A DNA stretch of 62,835 bases, the filler included, from Globobulimina sp. (lineage: Eukaryota): NCBI GenBank assembly GCA_003354225.1. It is 33 parts of 33 records of this genome, joined end to end, with 100 filler letters (N's around TTAATTAATTAA, not from the genome) between each part and the next. Parts side by side here need not be neighbours in the genome. Positions count along the whole stretch, not along the records: positions 1 to 1,808 come from PIVH01011701.1; positions 1,909 to 3,716 come from PIVH01011702.1; positions 3,817 to 5,624 come from PIVH01011703.1; positions 5,725 to 7,532 come from PIVH01011704.1; positions 7,633 to 9,440 come from PIVH01011705.1; positions 9,541 to 11,348 come from PIVH01011706.1; 27 more parts are not named here. One strand, 5' to 3'. The notes beneath the pieces are model-generated. The model was given only the letters and a program-made list of their open reading frames with translations, was not told the DNA's origin and made no database searches. Position numbers and translations under genes: made by a program. Each line of letters opens with the position of its first letter. The stretch's first letter is position 1. Positions 1 through 10,963 of this stretch are shown piece by piece.

Positions 1-248
1 TTTTGCTCCGACACCAATAAAAAACAGGAAACCAAAACAAATATGAGAAAAAAGTAAGAAGACGAGGGGAATAAAAATGTGAAAAATATATAAAAAAAGA
101 AGAAAACATCAAAAAAAAAAATGAATATGTAAAACAAAGAAGAATATATACTGAATTTTAGTGGTGATGCGTATAGAACATTTATAAAACTTTATACGAA
201 TCAACAGCTAAATCCGTGAAAACAAAATATAACCGAACTGAGATAAAC

Positions 249-1793
249 TCAGCAAACATTAAAACTTTTTGATTGTAAATTTTTAATTCCTTCTACAAAT
301 TTCCTCCAGTGATTGTGTGTTAACAATCTGCGGATTTCCATTTCGGCCTTTTGTGGTAATATAAAAAACTGATTTATGAATATGTTCAAACTAAACAACA
401 ACAAACAATCGTTTCGACAAAGTTTTTATTATTCAGATTCAAAACAGTCAGAAACATTACTAAAATAAACAAACCTCCGCAAAGAACTCCGCACTGATTT
501 CAAATGGTTGTTTTTTGACAAATCTCTCTTCCAATTCCGACTCAACATCTATTATCTGAATATTACATGCCATTCAATACATATTATTTTGTCTGATCGA
601 CTCTATTACTTAACATTTGTCCGGCTCTCATAAGAAATGTTGATAGCGAATGCAGCTTCCGGTCGAATAGACGTTTTTATAATATCTTTAGCCACAATAT
701 ATCTTTGCGTATTTGTCATTAAATTTTTAAATCTACGCAAAGACTGTAAAAATATCGCAATTTCATCGCACCTAAACACAAAAACAAAAATCTAATCCAC
801 AAAGCATACACTGTCCAGATACACATACCATGTTTGTGCTAAATATCTGTATAAATATTCTCTGCCTATTGCTGAATCCAAGCAAGTGGACAAATTCTTT
901 AAAAACGGCACCTCGCTGCCTTGAAACTGTTGTGTAATATCATTTAAATGTCCTTTGAGATTCTCTCCAGTGATTAATTGTGCCGCAAGCGAGAATATCT
1001 CATCCATCGCATACTTAACACCAAAATTATACTGCGACTTGAAATAATATGAAAAGGTTTGATGCATAGCTTGCAACATTGGGTCAAAATGGGTGATATT
1101 AATACCCATTCTTTGATGCACTGCGCCTAATGCTGATAATAAGGAATGTAAATCAATATTATCCGTAATTAAAAAGCGCATTAACCATCCCATCATTTCC
1201 AAATATCGCAAACTTACATTCTCAATCTTTTGCTCGTTGCTAAAATTAGATTTCATTACTTTTTTCATCTCATCGTTGGCTGATAACATTGTGAAGAAAA
1301 TAGAACATCCGATTTCCTGTACGTATCATGTCAGAATTCAGATTTTCAAATTGCAATATACAGAAATTACAGATCAGAAACGTTTAAGGGAAACACGGAA
1401 ACACTTAACCAATTGATCGGAAAGGCAGAGAGGATCGATATTTTCTTTCCAAAATGTCGCAGCGATTTTGCAAATACGACTTGAAATATATTTGCCGGTG
1501 ATGCCATTATTGACAAGTAAAAGTTTACTGTGTCTTTTCTGATTTGATGTAAGAGACGGGTTCAATTCTAATGATGGTAAGGGAGTTAAACATAGAAATT
1601 CTGATGCTTTTGTAGGCGATTTTGGCGGTGGTATTGGATGCATCACGTTATTCGAAGAAGATAATTCTGGTAAATTTGATGATCTTATTGCATGATGTTG
1701 AGGAGGTTGTAGTGATAACGAAGTATTATTCTCAGTGGTGTTAGGAGTGTCTGGTGCTTTGGCACGCTGTAAATTACAAGATTGGTTACCCAT
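249..1793 (-). CDS. N-acylated globin-RGS fusion protein, ~402 aa, 5 exons (1793-1410, 1316-829, 771-615, 555-475, 347-249)
   Basis: Four GT-AG introns give one continuous frame (1209 nt). N-terminus MGNQSC. Globin segment FWKENI..EIGCSIFFTML..LSALGAVHQRMGINITHFDPM. RGS segment CLDSAIGREYLYRYLAQTWCDEIAIFL..IRPEAAFAINIS..FFAEAEMEIRRLLTHNHWRKFV. Confidence 0.8.
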
Positions 1794-1808
1794 TTTAAAA
1801 TTAATTTT

Positions 1809-1908
1809 NNNNNNNNNNNNNNNNNNNNNNNNNNNNNNNNNNNNNNNNNNNNTTAATTAATTAANNNNNNNNNNNNNNNNNNNNNNNNNNNNNNNNNNNN
1901 NNNNNNNN
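1809..1908. other. Artificial contig linker (44 N + TTAATTAATTAA + 44 N), recurring every ~1.9 kb throughout the window
   Basis: Identical spacer with stops in all six frames separates ~1806-1808-bp contigs that decrease slightly in length along the window. Confidence 0.98.
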
Positions 1909-2829
1909 GTAATCGGAGTGATGCATTTGGATGCCAATGATTACCAAAACAGAATCGAAGAGAAGGAATGCACGGAACGCATATACACGAAAATCAGAGG
2001 AGATACGAAAAGAACATTTTTAACTTCACAAGAATATAATTCTCGAGTATCTGAGGAAAGATTGGTGCGTGTCTTGAATTCATTTGTTCATCGATATAAC
2101 AAAGTATATGTGCAGGGAATGGATGTTATTGCCGCTGGTTTGCTTTATGCAATGCCCGAATTAGATGCATTTGAGTCATTTGCAGTGCTCGTCAATACCC
2201 ACTTTCCTTTATATTTTCATAGCGACAAAACGGATAAGAATCATTTAATTGGAGCGTATGCGGGCTCATATTTAGCATGGGACATATTAAAAATATGTGA
2301 TTCCAAAATTTTTAATCACTTAAAACCATTACCGCCGCACGCCTATTTATTCCCTGTGGTTGCTTCATTCCAAGGCATCTCGCAGCCCTTTACAGAGCTG
2401 CAGAAGTTATGGGATTTTTTATTTTGTTTTGGCGTGCATTTAAATCCAATTTTAGCAGTGGCTCAACTTATTGTGAATTCGAAAGCAATTTTGAGTCAGA
2501 ACCCTGGCAAATTGTTGGCGGGGATGTTAGCACAAAGAAAGTGGATGAATCGGCAGTTAAATGCGAGTGCTGTTATTGAATGTGCCATGGATTTAATTAT
2601 TTTATTAAAAGACACTCGGCATAAACAATTATGGAAAGAAATCGCAAAACATGCAACGGATTTTGATACTGCGATTTCAATTAAAATTAAACATGATATG
2701 CTTTCAATGTCAACAGCAAAAATATCGTCATCGACAGCAACAAATCAAAATGTAAAAATACAAATTAATGATGCTGATCTTGAGGAAGTTGATATTTTTG
2801 AGGAGATTAATGAAGAAAAAATTCCTTGA
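1909..2829 (+). CDS. TBC/RabGAP-domain protein, Bub2/Cdc16-like, 5' truncated
   Basis: KIRGDTKRTF (IxxDxxRT) and YVQGMDVIAAGLLYAMPELDAF motifs, plus LWDFLFCFGVHL. Confidence 0.8.
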   Translation, partial: VIGVMHLDANDYQNRIEEKECTERIYTKIRGDTKRTFLTSQEYNSRVSEERLVRVLNSFVHRYNKVYVQGMDVIAAGLLYAMPELDAFESFAVLVNTHFPLYFHSDKTDKNHLIGAYAGSYLAWDILKICDSKIFNHLKPLPPHAYLFPVVASFQGISQPFTELQKLWDFLFCFGVHLNPILAVAQLIVNSKAILSQNPGKLLAGMLAQRKWMNRQLNASAVIECAMDLIILLKDTRHKQLWKEIAKHATDFDTAISIKIKHDMLSMSTAKISSSTATNQNVKIQINDADLEEVDIFEEINEEKIP

Positions 2830-2968
2830 TTTTAGCCATATTGTTTGCAAAATTAAATTGTCTCCTCGCACAAATGTAAAATTGTTTTTTTTTTGTTGAG
2901 AACGTGACATGCTAGAATTAGTAGTATATTATCACAAGGCAGCAGTGTGGATTTACGGATTTGTCCGT

Positions 2969-3661
2969 TTATTTCTTTTGTTTTGAATAATAAAATTCCA
3001 ATATTTTATCCCAATTCGTTTTTGTTCTATTCTGCACAGGAAACCCTGGATATTTCTCTTGATATTTGGTTAAATAATCCAACACATCATGTGTATAATC
3101 GGCGGCATAATCAAAACAAACAAAGTCCTGCCAATAATATTCAACAACTTTACTATAAAGCTCGTAATCCATTACATCATAAACATATAAACTATCCATT
3201 TTCATTAAATCCTCAATTGCCATATCATTGAATTCTGTTTTTAAACCAACCCATTCTCTGAATTGTTGATCAAATAAATATCCTTTATCTACACCATTAT
3301 TATTCATATTTATTTGTGCATTATCATTAAATTCAAAATGATCAGATTCATCAATGCAAAACTCATCATTTGGATCATTTAAAATATTCTGATATCCACT
3401 TTGTATAAACTCATATTTGAATATATGATTTATATCATTTTGAGACACTGATAATTGCCCAACTTGGGTCATTAATATATTCATCCATGGAAATAATGAT
3501 ACAAATGAATAATGGAATTTACGTAAATCATTTATAAATGCTTTCAAACGACCACGTAAATCACCAACAATCTTATAAAACGTAAATTGTTCAAATATAT
3601 CTGGAAAATGTTGCATTTCCTCAAACTTATTCCAGAGCAGTGCATTCACCGCATAATATCC
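2969..3661 (-). CDS. Last exon of a probable carbohydrate sulfotransferase-like protein
   Basis: C-terminal LYSKVVEYYWQDFVCFDY resembles the sulfotransferase family 2 terminal motif; AG acceptor near 3662. Confidence 0.4.
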   Translation of the reverse strand, partial: GYYAVNALLWNKFEEMQHFPDIFEQFTFYKIVGDLRGRLKAFINDLRKFHYSFVSLFPWMNILMTQVGQLSVSQNDINHIFKYEFIQSGYQNILNDPNDEFCIDESDHFEFNDNAQINMNNNGVDKGYLFDQQFREWVGLKTEFNDMAIEDLMKMDSLYVYDVMDYELYSKVVEYYWQDFVCFDYAADYTHDVLDYLTKYQEKYPGFPVQNRTKTNWDKILEFYYSKQKK

Positions 3662-3816
3662 TGTGCAAATTTATATAATTAAGCATAAAAAATAAAGGAT
3701 ATTATACATTAAAATANNNNNNNNNNNNNNNNNNNNNNNNNNNNNNNNNNNNNNNNNNNNTTAATTAATTAANNNNNNNNNNNNNNNNNNNNNNNNNNNN
3801 NNNNNNNNNNNNNNNN

Positions 3817-5624
3817 GTTGACAGTTTTCAGTTTCCAAGTTAATACATTTTTCGCAGTTGACGGCACAGCAAATCAGATATGGAACTAGTTTTCCATCCT
3901 CATCTTTCGCTGTTTCTGCATCAAAATAGACAACTGAAAATTTTAGTCTATATAATATCATGAATTGCATATTTATAATTACCATTAAATTTTTTGCTCC
4001 CTCCGAGTCTGGTTCCCTCTTTTGGTTCCTGTACTTGACAAAGATGTACAGACAGATCAACCTATAAATATATTGGATGATCAGGTAAAAGTAATATCAA
4101 AGTTATAGTTACCTCTTCATAGCAATGTGGACATGGTGATTTTATGTCGCAGTTATGTTGTTTGTCGTCTGTATACCTTACACAGAGGCAATTCTGACAT
4201 CTGTATCGTTTGGACACACACACCCTTTGAACATCATTTCCATGGGCCAAATAACAGCTGGGGTGCTTGAATGTGATATCGCACCTCTCACAAACACGAA
4301 TGATGACAGGATTTTCCATTGCCTCACAATTAGCTCTTTCACATTGAGGGCAGATGTCTATGCAGCGGTGGCGATTGGATTTTGAGTGTATGCTGTAGCA
4401 TCGGTGGCAAAAACTGTCATCTTTCCCAATGAAAGATTGCAGGTTCCATATCAAGTAGTAGTGTTTGCCGAACCACAGCAGAAACACTTGATCTTCTTGC
4501 CGAGGTCTCTCTGGTTCCCCGGTAAAAATGTGTTCATATTTTTCGTTCAAAACAACAATTTGTTTTTCATGACGTTCATTGAACAGATATTGAAAACTTT
4601 GTAGCTCATTTTCACCACATTCTTTTTCTGGGTCTACTCCAGCCTCTGCATACAAGCGACTGGTTATATTTTTTAGTTCGTGGCATTTCTGCGGTTCTTT
4701 GAAAAAGCTGGCTTTTTTAAGATCTTCTCCTTGATTCCTTAAACGGGTTATAAGTTCCCAAGCGGCAAGACACAGTCCGAGGCATCGATGGTCCAAGTTT
4801 CGGGGGTCAAAGATTCCTGTTCGTCTTTTTATGTATGAATCGAGATTTGCCGCATTTAATCTATAGCCAGAACCTTCGATGCTATCCACATGAATTACAT
4901 CAAAAGTGAGTGTTTGATCCAGGGCCAACTCATCTTTCGAAGACATTACACTGTCAATGTAGTTGAGAAGCACCAATGGTTCAAAGAGTTCAACTTTGAT
5001 AAGAGGCATGACAATAGGGGTGTCCAAAGAGTCACTCAGAACCTTGATTTGGATGAATCCCCCTTTTTCGACAGTTTTACGCATTAGTGATTCAATTACT
5101 TTGTTCAGAACTTCCAGGGCCAATCCAACTTCACACAGTCTCAGGGCTTTGGGAGTGAGCTTGAATGATTGTCGGGTCCTAATTGATTTGAACAGTTTTA
5201 GACCCGCTTTATCCACTATATCGCTTCCAATTTTTGTATAGAGCGACTTGGCGCTAGCTGTATCTAACAACAACTCAAGATCTTTCAAAATTTCTTCCTG
5301 ATTTCCTGAATTGTCATTGGGATCATGTTCATCCATCTTATGTATTTTTAATTCATTTTCATTGGGAAGCCATTCGTCACACTGACCACATTTAACAGCG
5401 TCTTCTTCTGGGGGGCTATGTGTTTCTTTATGGCTTGACAGTTCGGCTTTCTTGTCGAAACGAGTATCACATCCCGGGTGTGGGCAACTGAGGTATGCGA
5501 GGTCTCTGGTGGGACCTGGAATATCGTGGTCATCCATTTCATGTCGCCGCACTTCTTCTTTTGATTCGAACCATTCTCCGCAAATGTTACACATGGAGTT
5601 TTTCTGAACTTGATCTGAGGCTTT
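3817..5624 (-). mobile_element. Polinton/Maverick-like protein-primed DNA polymerase B, N-terminal part, with upstream C2H2 zinc fingers and two short introns (4112-4062, 3982-3934); truncated
   Basis: Three C2H2 fingers; DHRCLGLCLA, LLWFGKHYYLIWNLQSF..FCHRC..HRC and a Cys-rich tract typical of Polinton pPolB N-termini; spliced product reaches ExoI-like VVYFDAET..VPYLIC..CEKC. Confidence 0.7.
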
Positions 5625-5983
5625 NNNNNNNNNNNNNNNNNNNNNNNNNNNNNNNNNNNNNNNNNNNNTTAATTAATTAANNNNNNNNNNNNNNNNNNNN
5701 NNNNNNNNNNNNNNNNNNNNNNNNAGTTGCTTTGGCGAGCACATCTCTCCCCAGCGCTCTTCATTGCTAAGGGAAGATTTACCGAACGTTGTCACACTCG
5801 GTTTGTCGATCAGACTCTCCTTCGACTTGACGAGCAACTTGCCACCTATAGATTTGAGCTCTCCGTCAAGTAGGACCTCATGCGTGCGCTTCGCTGGTGA
5901 ATGCTCCAATTCCTTGGTTGCCAGGTGAAGTCTTCTGTCGCCCCCTTGGAAGAAGCCAAGCTTCAGCGTTCTATTGGCTTTGC

Positions 5984-6781
5984 TTAAGGAGCTCTCAAAG
6001 GCAGCAACATCAAAATCGCACAAAATAGCAATAAATATCCGCACTTGCAAAAACAGCCACTTTTCCTCCTCTTTTTGTCTCTAATCACCGCATTATGACT
6101 ACGCATTGATATATGTCCAGGAACAGAGGAAGGCGCAGTGTCGTAATGCATTGCTCCATTTGCAGGTTGTGTGTGCGTTGGCTGTCTGTCATAAAGTAAA
6201 GTTGTTTGCTGTGTTGGTCGAGTTATGTGTGGCATTGTAGGTGCCGACGGTTTTATGCTTGCATTTGGATTGTATGCGTAGACAGTATGTGGCGCATTGT
6301 ATTCCTGTGTGTTACTGTCATATTTTGGAGCATGGCTAACTGGCATTTGTGGCTCTTCATAGATGGCTTCTTCCTCACTGGAATCACTCGAATAGTCCTC
6401 ATTGTGATATATTTGAAGGGGTGGAACACTCTGAGTGCTATTACGTGTTTTTCTCATTTCAATTGCGTGTTTTTTTAATGATGCTGGTAATTCATTAATA
6501 TCTGATTCTGGCATTGTGAGTAATGTTTGTATTGTGTTATCGTATCGTTGTCGGGATGTTCGTCGCTGTATCAATTTAGTTGTAAGTAGATGGTGAAATG
6601 GATAAATTGGTTTTAACTCTTTTTGAAGCACGAGGATTAATGGCGTTGTTATTTTCATTGCTTGTTGATAATAAATCTTTCGATTTCCTTTTCTTTCCTC
6701 TTTTCTTTTTCTTACGCTTTGCCTTTTGGACGTAAGTTGGCGTTGTAAATTGTAATGGGCCGGAAAATAAAATACATACAT
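5984..6781 (-). CDS. Hypothetical Pro/Thr-rich protein ending in a Cys-rich hydrophobic segment; 3' end possibly chimeric
   Basis: Open frame; true start probably the internal MPESD; GC content rises downstream of ~6000. Confidence 0.35.
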   Translation of the reverse strand: MYVFYFPAHYNLQRQLTSKRQSVRKRKEERKGNRKIYYQQAMKITTPLILVLQKELKPIYPFHHLLTTKLIQRRTSRQRYDNTIQTLLTMPESDINELPASLKKHAIEMRKTRNSTQSVPPLQIYHNEDYSSDSSEEEAIYEEPQMPVSHAPKYDSNTQEYNAPHTVYAYNPNASIKPSAPTMPHITRPTQQTTLLYDRQPTHTQPANGAMHYDTAPSSVPGHISMRSHNAVIRDKKRRKSGCFCKCGYLLLFCAILMLLPLRAP

Positions 6782-6848
6782 TGTTTGACATTATGCAGGG
6801 AGTACTAGCGAGTTTTTAGAGTTTAATACAACTACAAAAAACATCTTA

Positions 6849-7532
6849 TCATATCTTTGCATTCAACTGCTTTACAGAATCATTATTTAGATTCCAATCA
6901 TATGGAACATATTCTATTTCATATTTTTCTTTCATTGCCAATCTTACATCATTCCTCAACTCACAATTTGAATAATTCCATATAAAATACAACAACTTAT
7001 TCGCCTCAAACCCATTACCATTATTTCCATCACTTTTGTTATCATAAAATAACTCAAAATCCTCTTTATACCATTCAAATATTTGCGATAACTTAATTTT
7101 CTGATTAATTTTATCAATATTTACATTCCTATCTTCATTGACAAACTCTACCGATAAATCATCCAAATCCTTCACATCGACAACAAACGATTTCAACTCT
7201 GGACATCCAATGCTTGCACAATTTATAGCACAATGAATCCGTGCATCTGCGAATTTGCCTCTTATGATATCGTGCTCCAAATGGTCCAAACTCACTGTAT
7301 TGCCATCTAAAGCATACAGTGGCGCCTTGGCGGAGTTACACATTGGTTTTGCTGCAATGATATATCAAAATATGCCAACTTATTTACTGCAGCGGCACTG
7401 TATGGCAACAGATATTGTTTTGATATATTATCGCTGTACAAGGGTCCAAGCAGTACCTTGAAAAAACCCCATCCACTGACAGGCTCTAAGCGTGATTGCA
7501 CATTTTTGACTGATGATATTAGAGAATGATTG
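6849..7532 (-). CDS. DUF547-family protein, 5' partial
   Basis: SLDHLEHDIIR..DARIHCAINCASIGCPEL..LSQIFEWYKEDF..YDWNLN motifs. Confidence 0.85.
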
Positions 7533-7632
7533 NNNNNNNNNNNNNNNNNNNNNNNNNNNNNNNNNNNNNNNNNNNNTTAATTAATTAANNNNNNNNNNNN
7601 NNNNNNNNNNNNNNNNNNNNNNNNNNNNNNNN

Positions 7633-9405
7633 ATCAATAGCTTCTTCAAATATATCCTCTTTAAGTATATGTTCTGGATTATCCAACGCACTGCGTGCCA
7701 CTTTGGCGATTCTTTCAAACATATCCGCATTCAAATTAATCTGTGCCGGCGATCGATCATCGCAATATTTGTTGTATAGCGCATTGAATTTTCGTTTTGC
7801 ATCGGCTCTCCATTCCTGTGCTTCCAATATAAACAATAAATTATTTATCGTCAGATTGCTGGTCATAAACATGCGTAAACAATACATCGTCATCGGATTA
7901 TCAATAATTGCTTGCAACGAACTTAATTCCTTAAAACTCTCCTCATCCACACTCGATTCGCGTGCTTCTGATTTGACAAAATCGGCAAACGACCGATGCA
8001 CTCTTCGCTCAATGACACTCGTTCGATGCTTCTCTTTCACATCGATTTCCCACACCCGATCACCGGAAGTTATCTGTGTGATTTTCCTGGACGCCATCAT
8101 TCCCAACGCTTTTCCCGATTTCTTATTACTGCCGTCATTATAACTCGCATTGCCACCGCCAAAAATGTCCATGATCCGCTCGCATAGCGCTTCCACGATG
8201 AATAGCTCGTCCTTATCCTCCATCAGATTCTCCACTGTCTGCGCCCCGCCCAATAAGCCAATGACGCCCGCCATCCGCATCAACAATTCCGTCAAACGCG
8301 CGATGGGCTGCACCACCAAACTCATCGTCGACGCCGTGACAAACAGCGTCGACGTGGCGAAGATCAATATGGCAAATAAGGTCAGACACATTCCCAACGC
8401 TGCTTCCTCCAAAACGTTGCTGCGAATATCGAACTGGATATAATCTGTACTGGTATCGGCGTCCATGTACAAGGTCCACATCTCGATATTCCTGCGATCC
8501 GCGATGGTGTGTTGATCGTTGTATAACTCGACACCTCCGATATTGATATATAATAAGGGCACTCCCACCGCCTGCAAGATATGGTACGAAGCCTGGAAAT
8601 CCAAACCGCCGTCGATGCAGTTTTTGAATAAATAGGCGCAGGTTGTGGCTGCGTCGGCGTATGAAGCACCGGAAGGGTCCATCCACGGCAACACCAACAC
8701 CAACACCAGGACCAAGACAATGACTTTCTTTGTCACTGCTTCCGACACAATCTGGCCCACTTTGGAAGAGCCCGCATCCACTACATTCTTCTCAGTGTCC
8801 TCCTCGTCTTCGACTTGAAAGAATTTGAAGACGCGCAACACCCGCAATAAGCGGCTAAACCGTATCATCCGAATGGCCTTTAATGCCACTGCAGAACGGC
8901 CGGATTTCCCTGCTTTGCTGGCTTGCGTATTGGCGATATTTATGTCGCCGTCGCCTGCTCCGAATAATGCTAATAATAAAGTCAAGTCCGGGATCATTGA
9001 GACCATCGCAATGAAATCTAACCAGAACCAAAAGGACAGGAAATAACCACGGCGTACTAACGAGGCTACTATCAATTCGATGAAAAAAAACCAAAATACT
9101 AGTAATAGGATAATATCTGTGCTAATGTCGATGCTTTGCGGCAGGAAAGCGATGGTGAAATCGTACGCTAATAAGGAAGTTATAGTGGCCACTATGGACG
9201 CGAACATCCAGAGTCCTCCATCCAGGAATTTCTCGCAACGGCGCGCCTTATCTGGCTTAATAACTCGATCTCGGAAACTCGATCTCTGACTGTCTGAATC
9301 TGAACTTGTCGGTGTCGCTTTTTGTTGGTTTTTGGGTGTGGCGATGTATGCTAATTTACGACCAAATTTGTTGTTGTTGAAGAACGTAAATAGAGATTTG
9401 GGCAT
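7633..9405 (-). CDS. Ion-transport/voltage-sensor-like membrane module + HAMP-like helix + RGS domain, 3' truncated, intronless
   Basis: S2 FFFIELIV, S3 FWFWLDFIAMVSMIPD, Arg/Lys-periodic S4 KAIRMIRFSRLLRVLRVFK, further TM helices, LVVQPIARLTELL, then RGS motifs LQAIIDNP..LRMFM..NNLLFILEAQEW..YNKYCDDRSPAQINL..IFEEA. Confidence 0.8.
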
Positions 9406-9817
9406 TTTTGCGTTTGATGAGGTTTAAAAGATATGTCTGTNNNNNNNNNNNNNNNNNNNNNNNNNNNNNNNNNNNNNNNNNNNNTTAATTAATTAANNNN
9501 NNNNNNNNNNNNNNNNNNNNNNNNNNNNNNNNNNNNNNNNTCGTGCATTATTAAATTGTTTTTTTTTGCGATTTTGACGTCAGTAATTCTTTTTTTTTTT
9601 TTTTTAATTAAATTTTTTGTCAACTGTTTTTCGGTTTAATTAGAAAATTAGAGATACACTACAAAAAAACACTAGCAAGTTACTTTCGATTGTGTGTAGA
9701 GCATCCTTGCCTAACACACAAGCCATATATCAGAAAATTGAAAACTAATATAAATCTAAATCTAATCGCGTCACAATTGCTCAACAATCAATAGAACTCG
9801 AATCATCATATATATCA

Positions 9818-10725
9818 ATGGCATCCGCAACAGAGGAGAAGAACAAGAGCAACACCACCACCACCACAAGGAATGGAGATGTGAACAACGCAGAGGACAA
9901 TAGCAGCTCATCCTCATTCGATGTGAGTAAAATAATTGAGAAATTATTGAATGTACGATCTAAACGACCCGGGACATTGGTAGAGTTAAACGAAAATGAC
10001 GTCGAGACCTTATGCCAGACGTCGCGAACCTTATTTATGTCGCAACCAATGTTTTTGGAGTTGGAGCCACCGATCAAAATAGTTGGCGATATCCATGGCC
10101 AATATTACGACTTATTGCGGTTGTTCGAGTATGGCGGCTATCCGCCCGATGCAAATTATTTATTTTTAGGCGATTATGTGGATAGAGGCAAACAATCGAT
10201 AGAATCCATCTGCTTATTGTTGGCATATAAGATCAAGTACACTGAGAATTTCTTCATATTGCGAGGCAATCACGAATGTGCCTCTATTAATAGAATTTAT
10301 GGCTTTTACGATGAATGCAAACGAAGGTACACTCCTCGTCTATGGAAGAGATTTACGGATTGTTTTAACTGTTTACCCGTTGCCGCCATTGTGGCCGATA
10401 AGATTTTCGCAATGCACGGCGGCTTATCACCCGAACTTAAATCATTTGACCAAATCAAAAAATTAGCGCGACCCACGGCGGTGCCGGATACAGGTAAGTT
10501 ACATAAATAATATATAATATAATTCCTCTCTTTCTGATTGCGATATTGCGCGCATTTCCGCACTCATTCTACATAGGTTTACTTTGCGATTTATTATGGG
10601 CAGACCCGGAGCAAATAGTGGGTTGGGGAGAGTCGGATCGCGGCGTGTCTTATATATTTGGCCCCGATGTCGTGGATTCGTTTTGTAAACGCTTTAGTAT
10701 TGACTTAATATGTCGAGCGCATCAG
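9818..10725 (+). CDS. PP1: Ser/Thr protein phosphatase 1 catalytic subunit (intron 10494-10576), truncated at a chimeric junction
   Basis: GDIHGQ, GDYVDRG and RGNHE motifs; exon 2 [22 protein letters not shown] stops before the expected VVEDGYEFF. Confidence 0.95.
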
Positions 10726-10922
10726 ACATATTAGCTGGTGAAATCTACATTAGTATCGAAAGGGTAAAATTTAATGCAAGATTGTTTAATGTGAAGATGC
10801 AAGATGAACTACATCGGGTTATGATACATGGCTTGCTGCACCTTGCTGCATATAATGATTCAACAAAATCCGAGAAAGAGATAATGAGGAGAAAGGAAGA
10901 TTATTACTTATCTTTGCGATAA
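10726..10922 (+). CDS. ybeY: Bacterial rRNA maturation RNase YbeY, C-terminal fragment
   Basis: [28 protein letters not shown] (HGLLHL metal-binding motif). Confidence 0.85.
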
Positions 10923-10941
10923 CATAAGCAGCTTGTTAAGT

Positions 10942-10957
10942 TGTTTCACGTGGAACA
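10942..10957. promoter_or_regulatory. Bacterial parS site
   Basis: TGTTTCACGTGGAACA; reverse complement TGTTCCACGTGAAACA matches the parS consensus; lies just upstream of mnmG. Confidence 0.85.
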
Positions 10958-10963
10958 TTATTT

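Noticed and set aside
7703-9289. Numerous overlapping ORFs on the + strand and alternative frames
   Set aside because: Shadow ORFs of the relatively GC-rich voltage-sensor-RGS gene; no motifs
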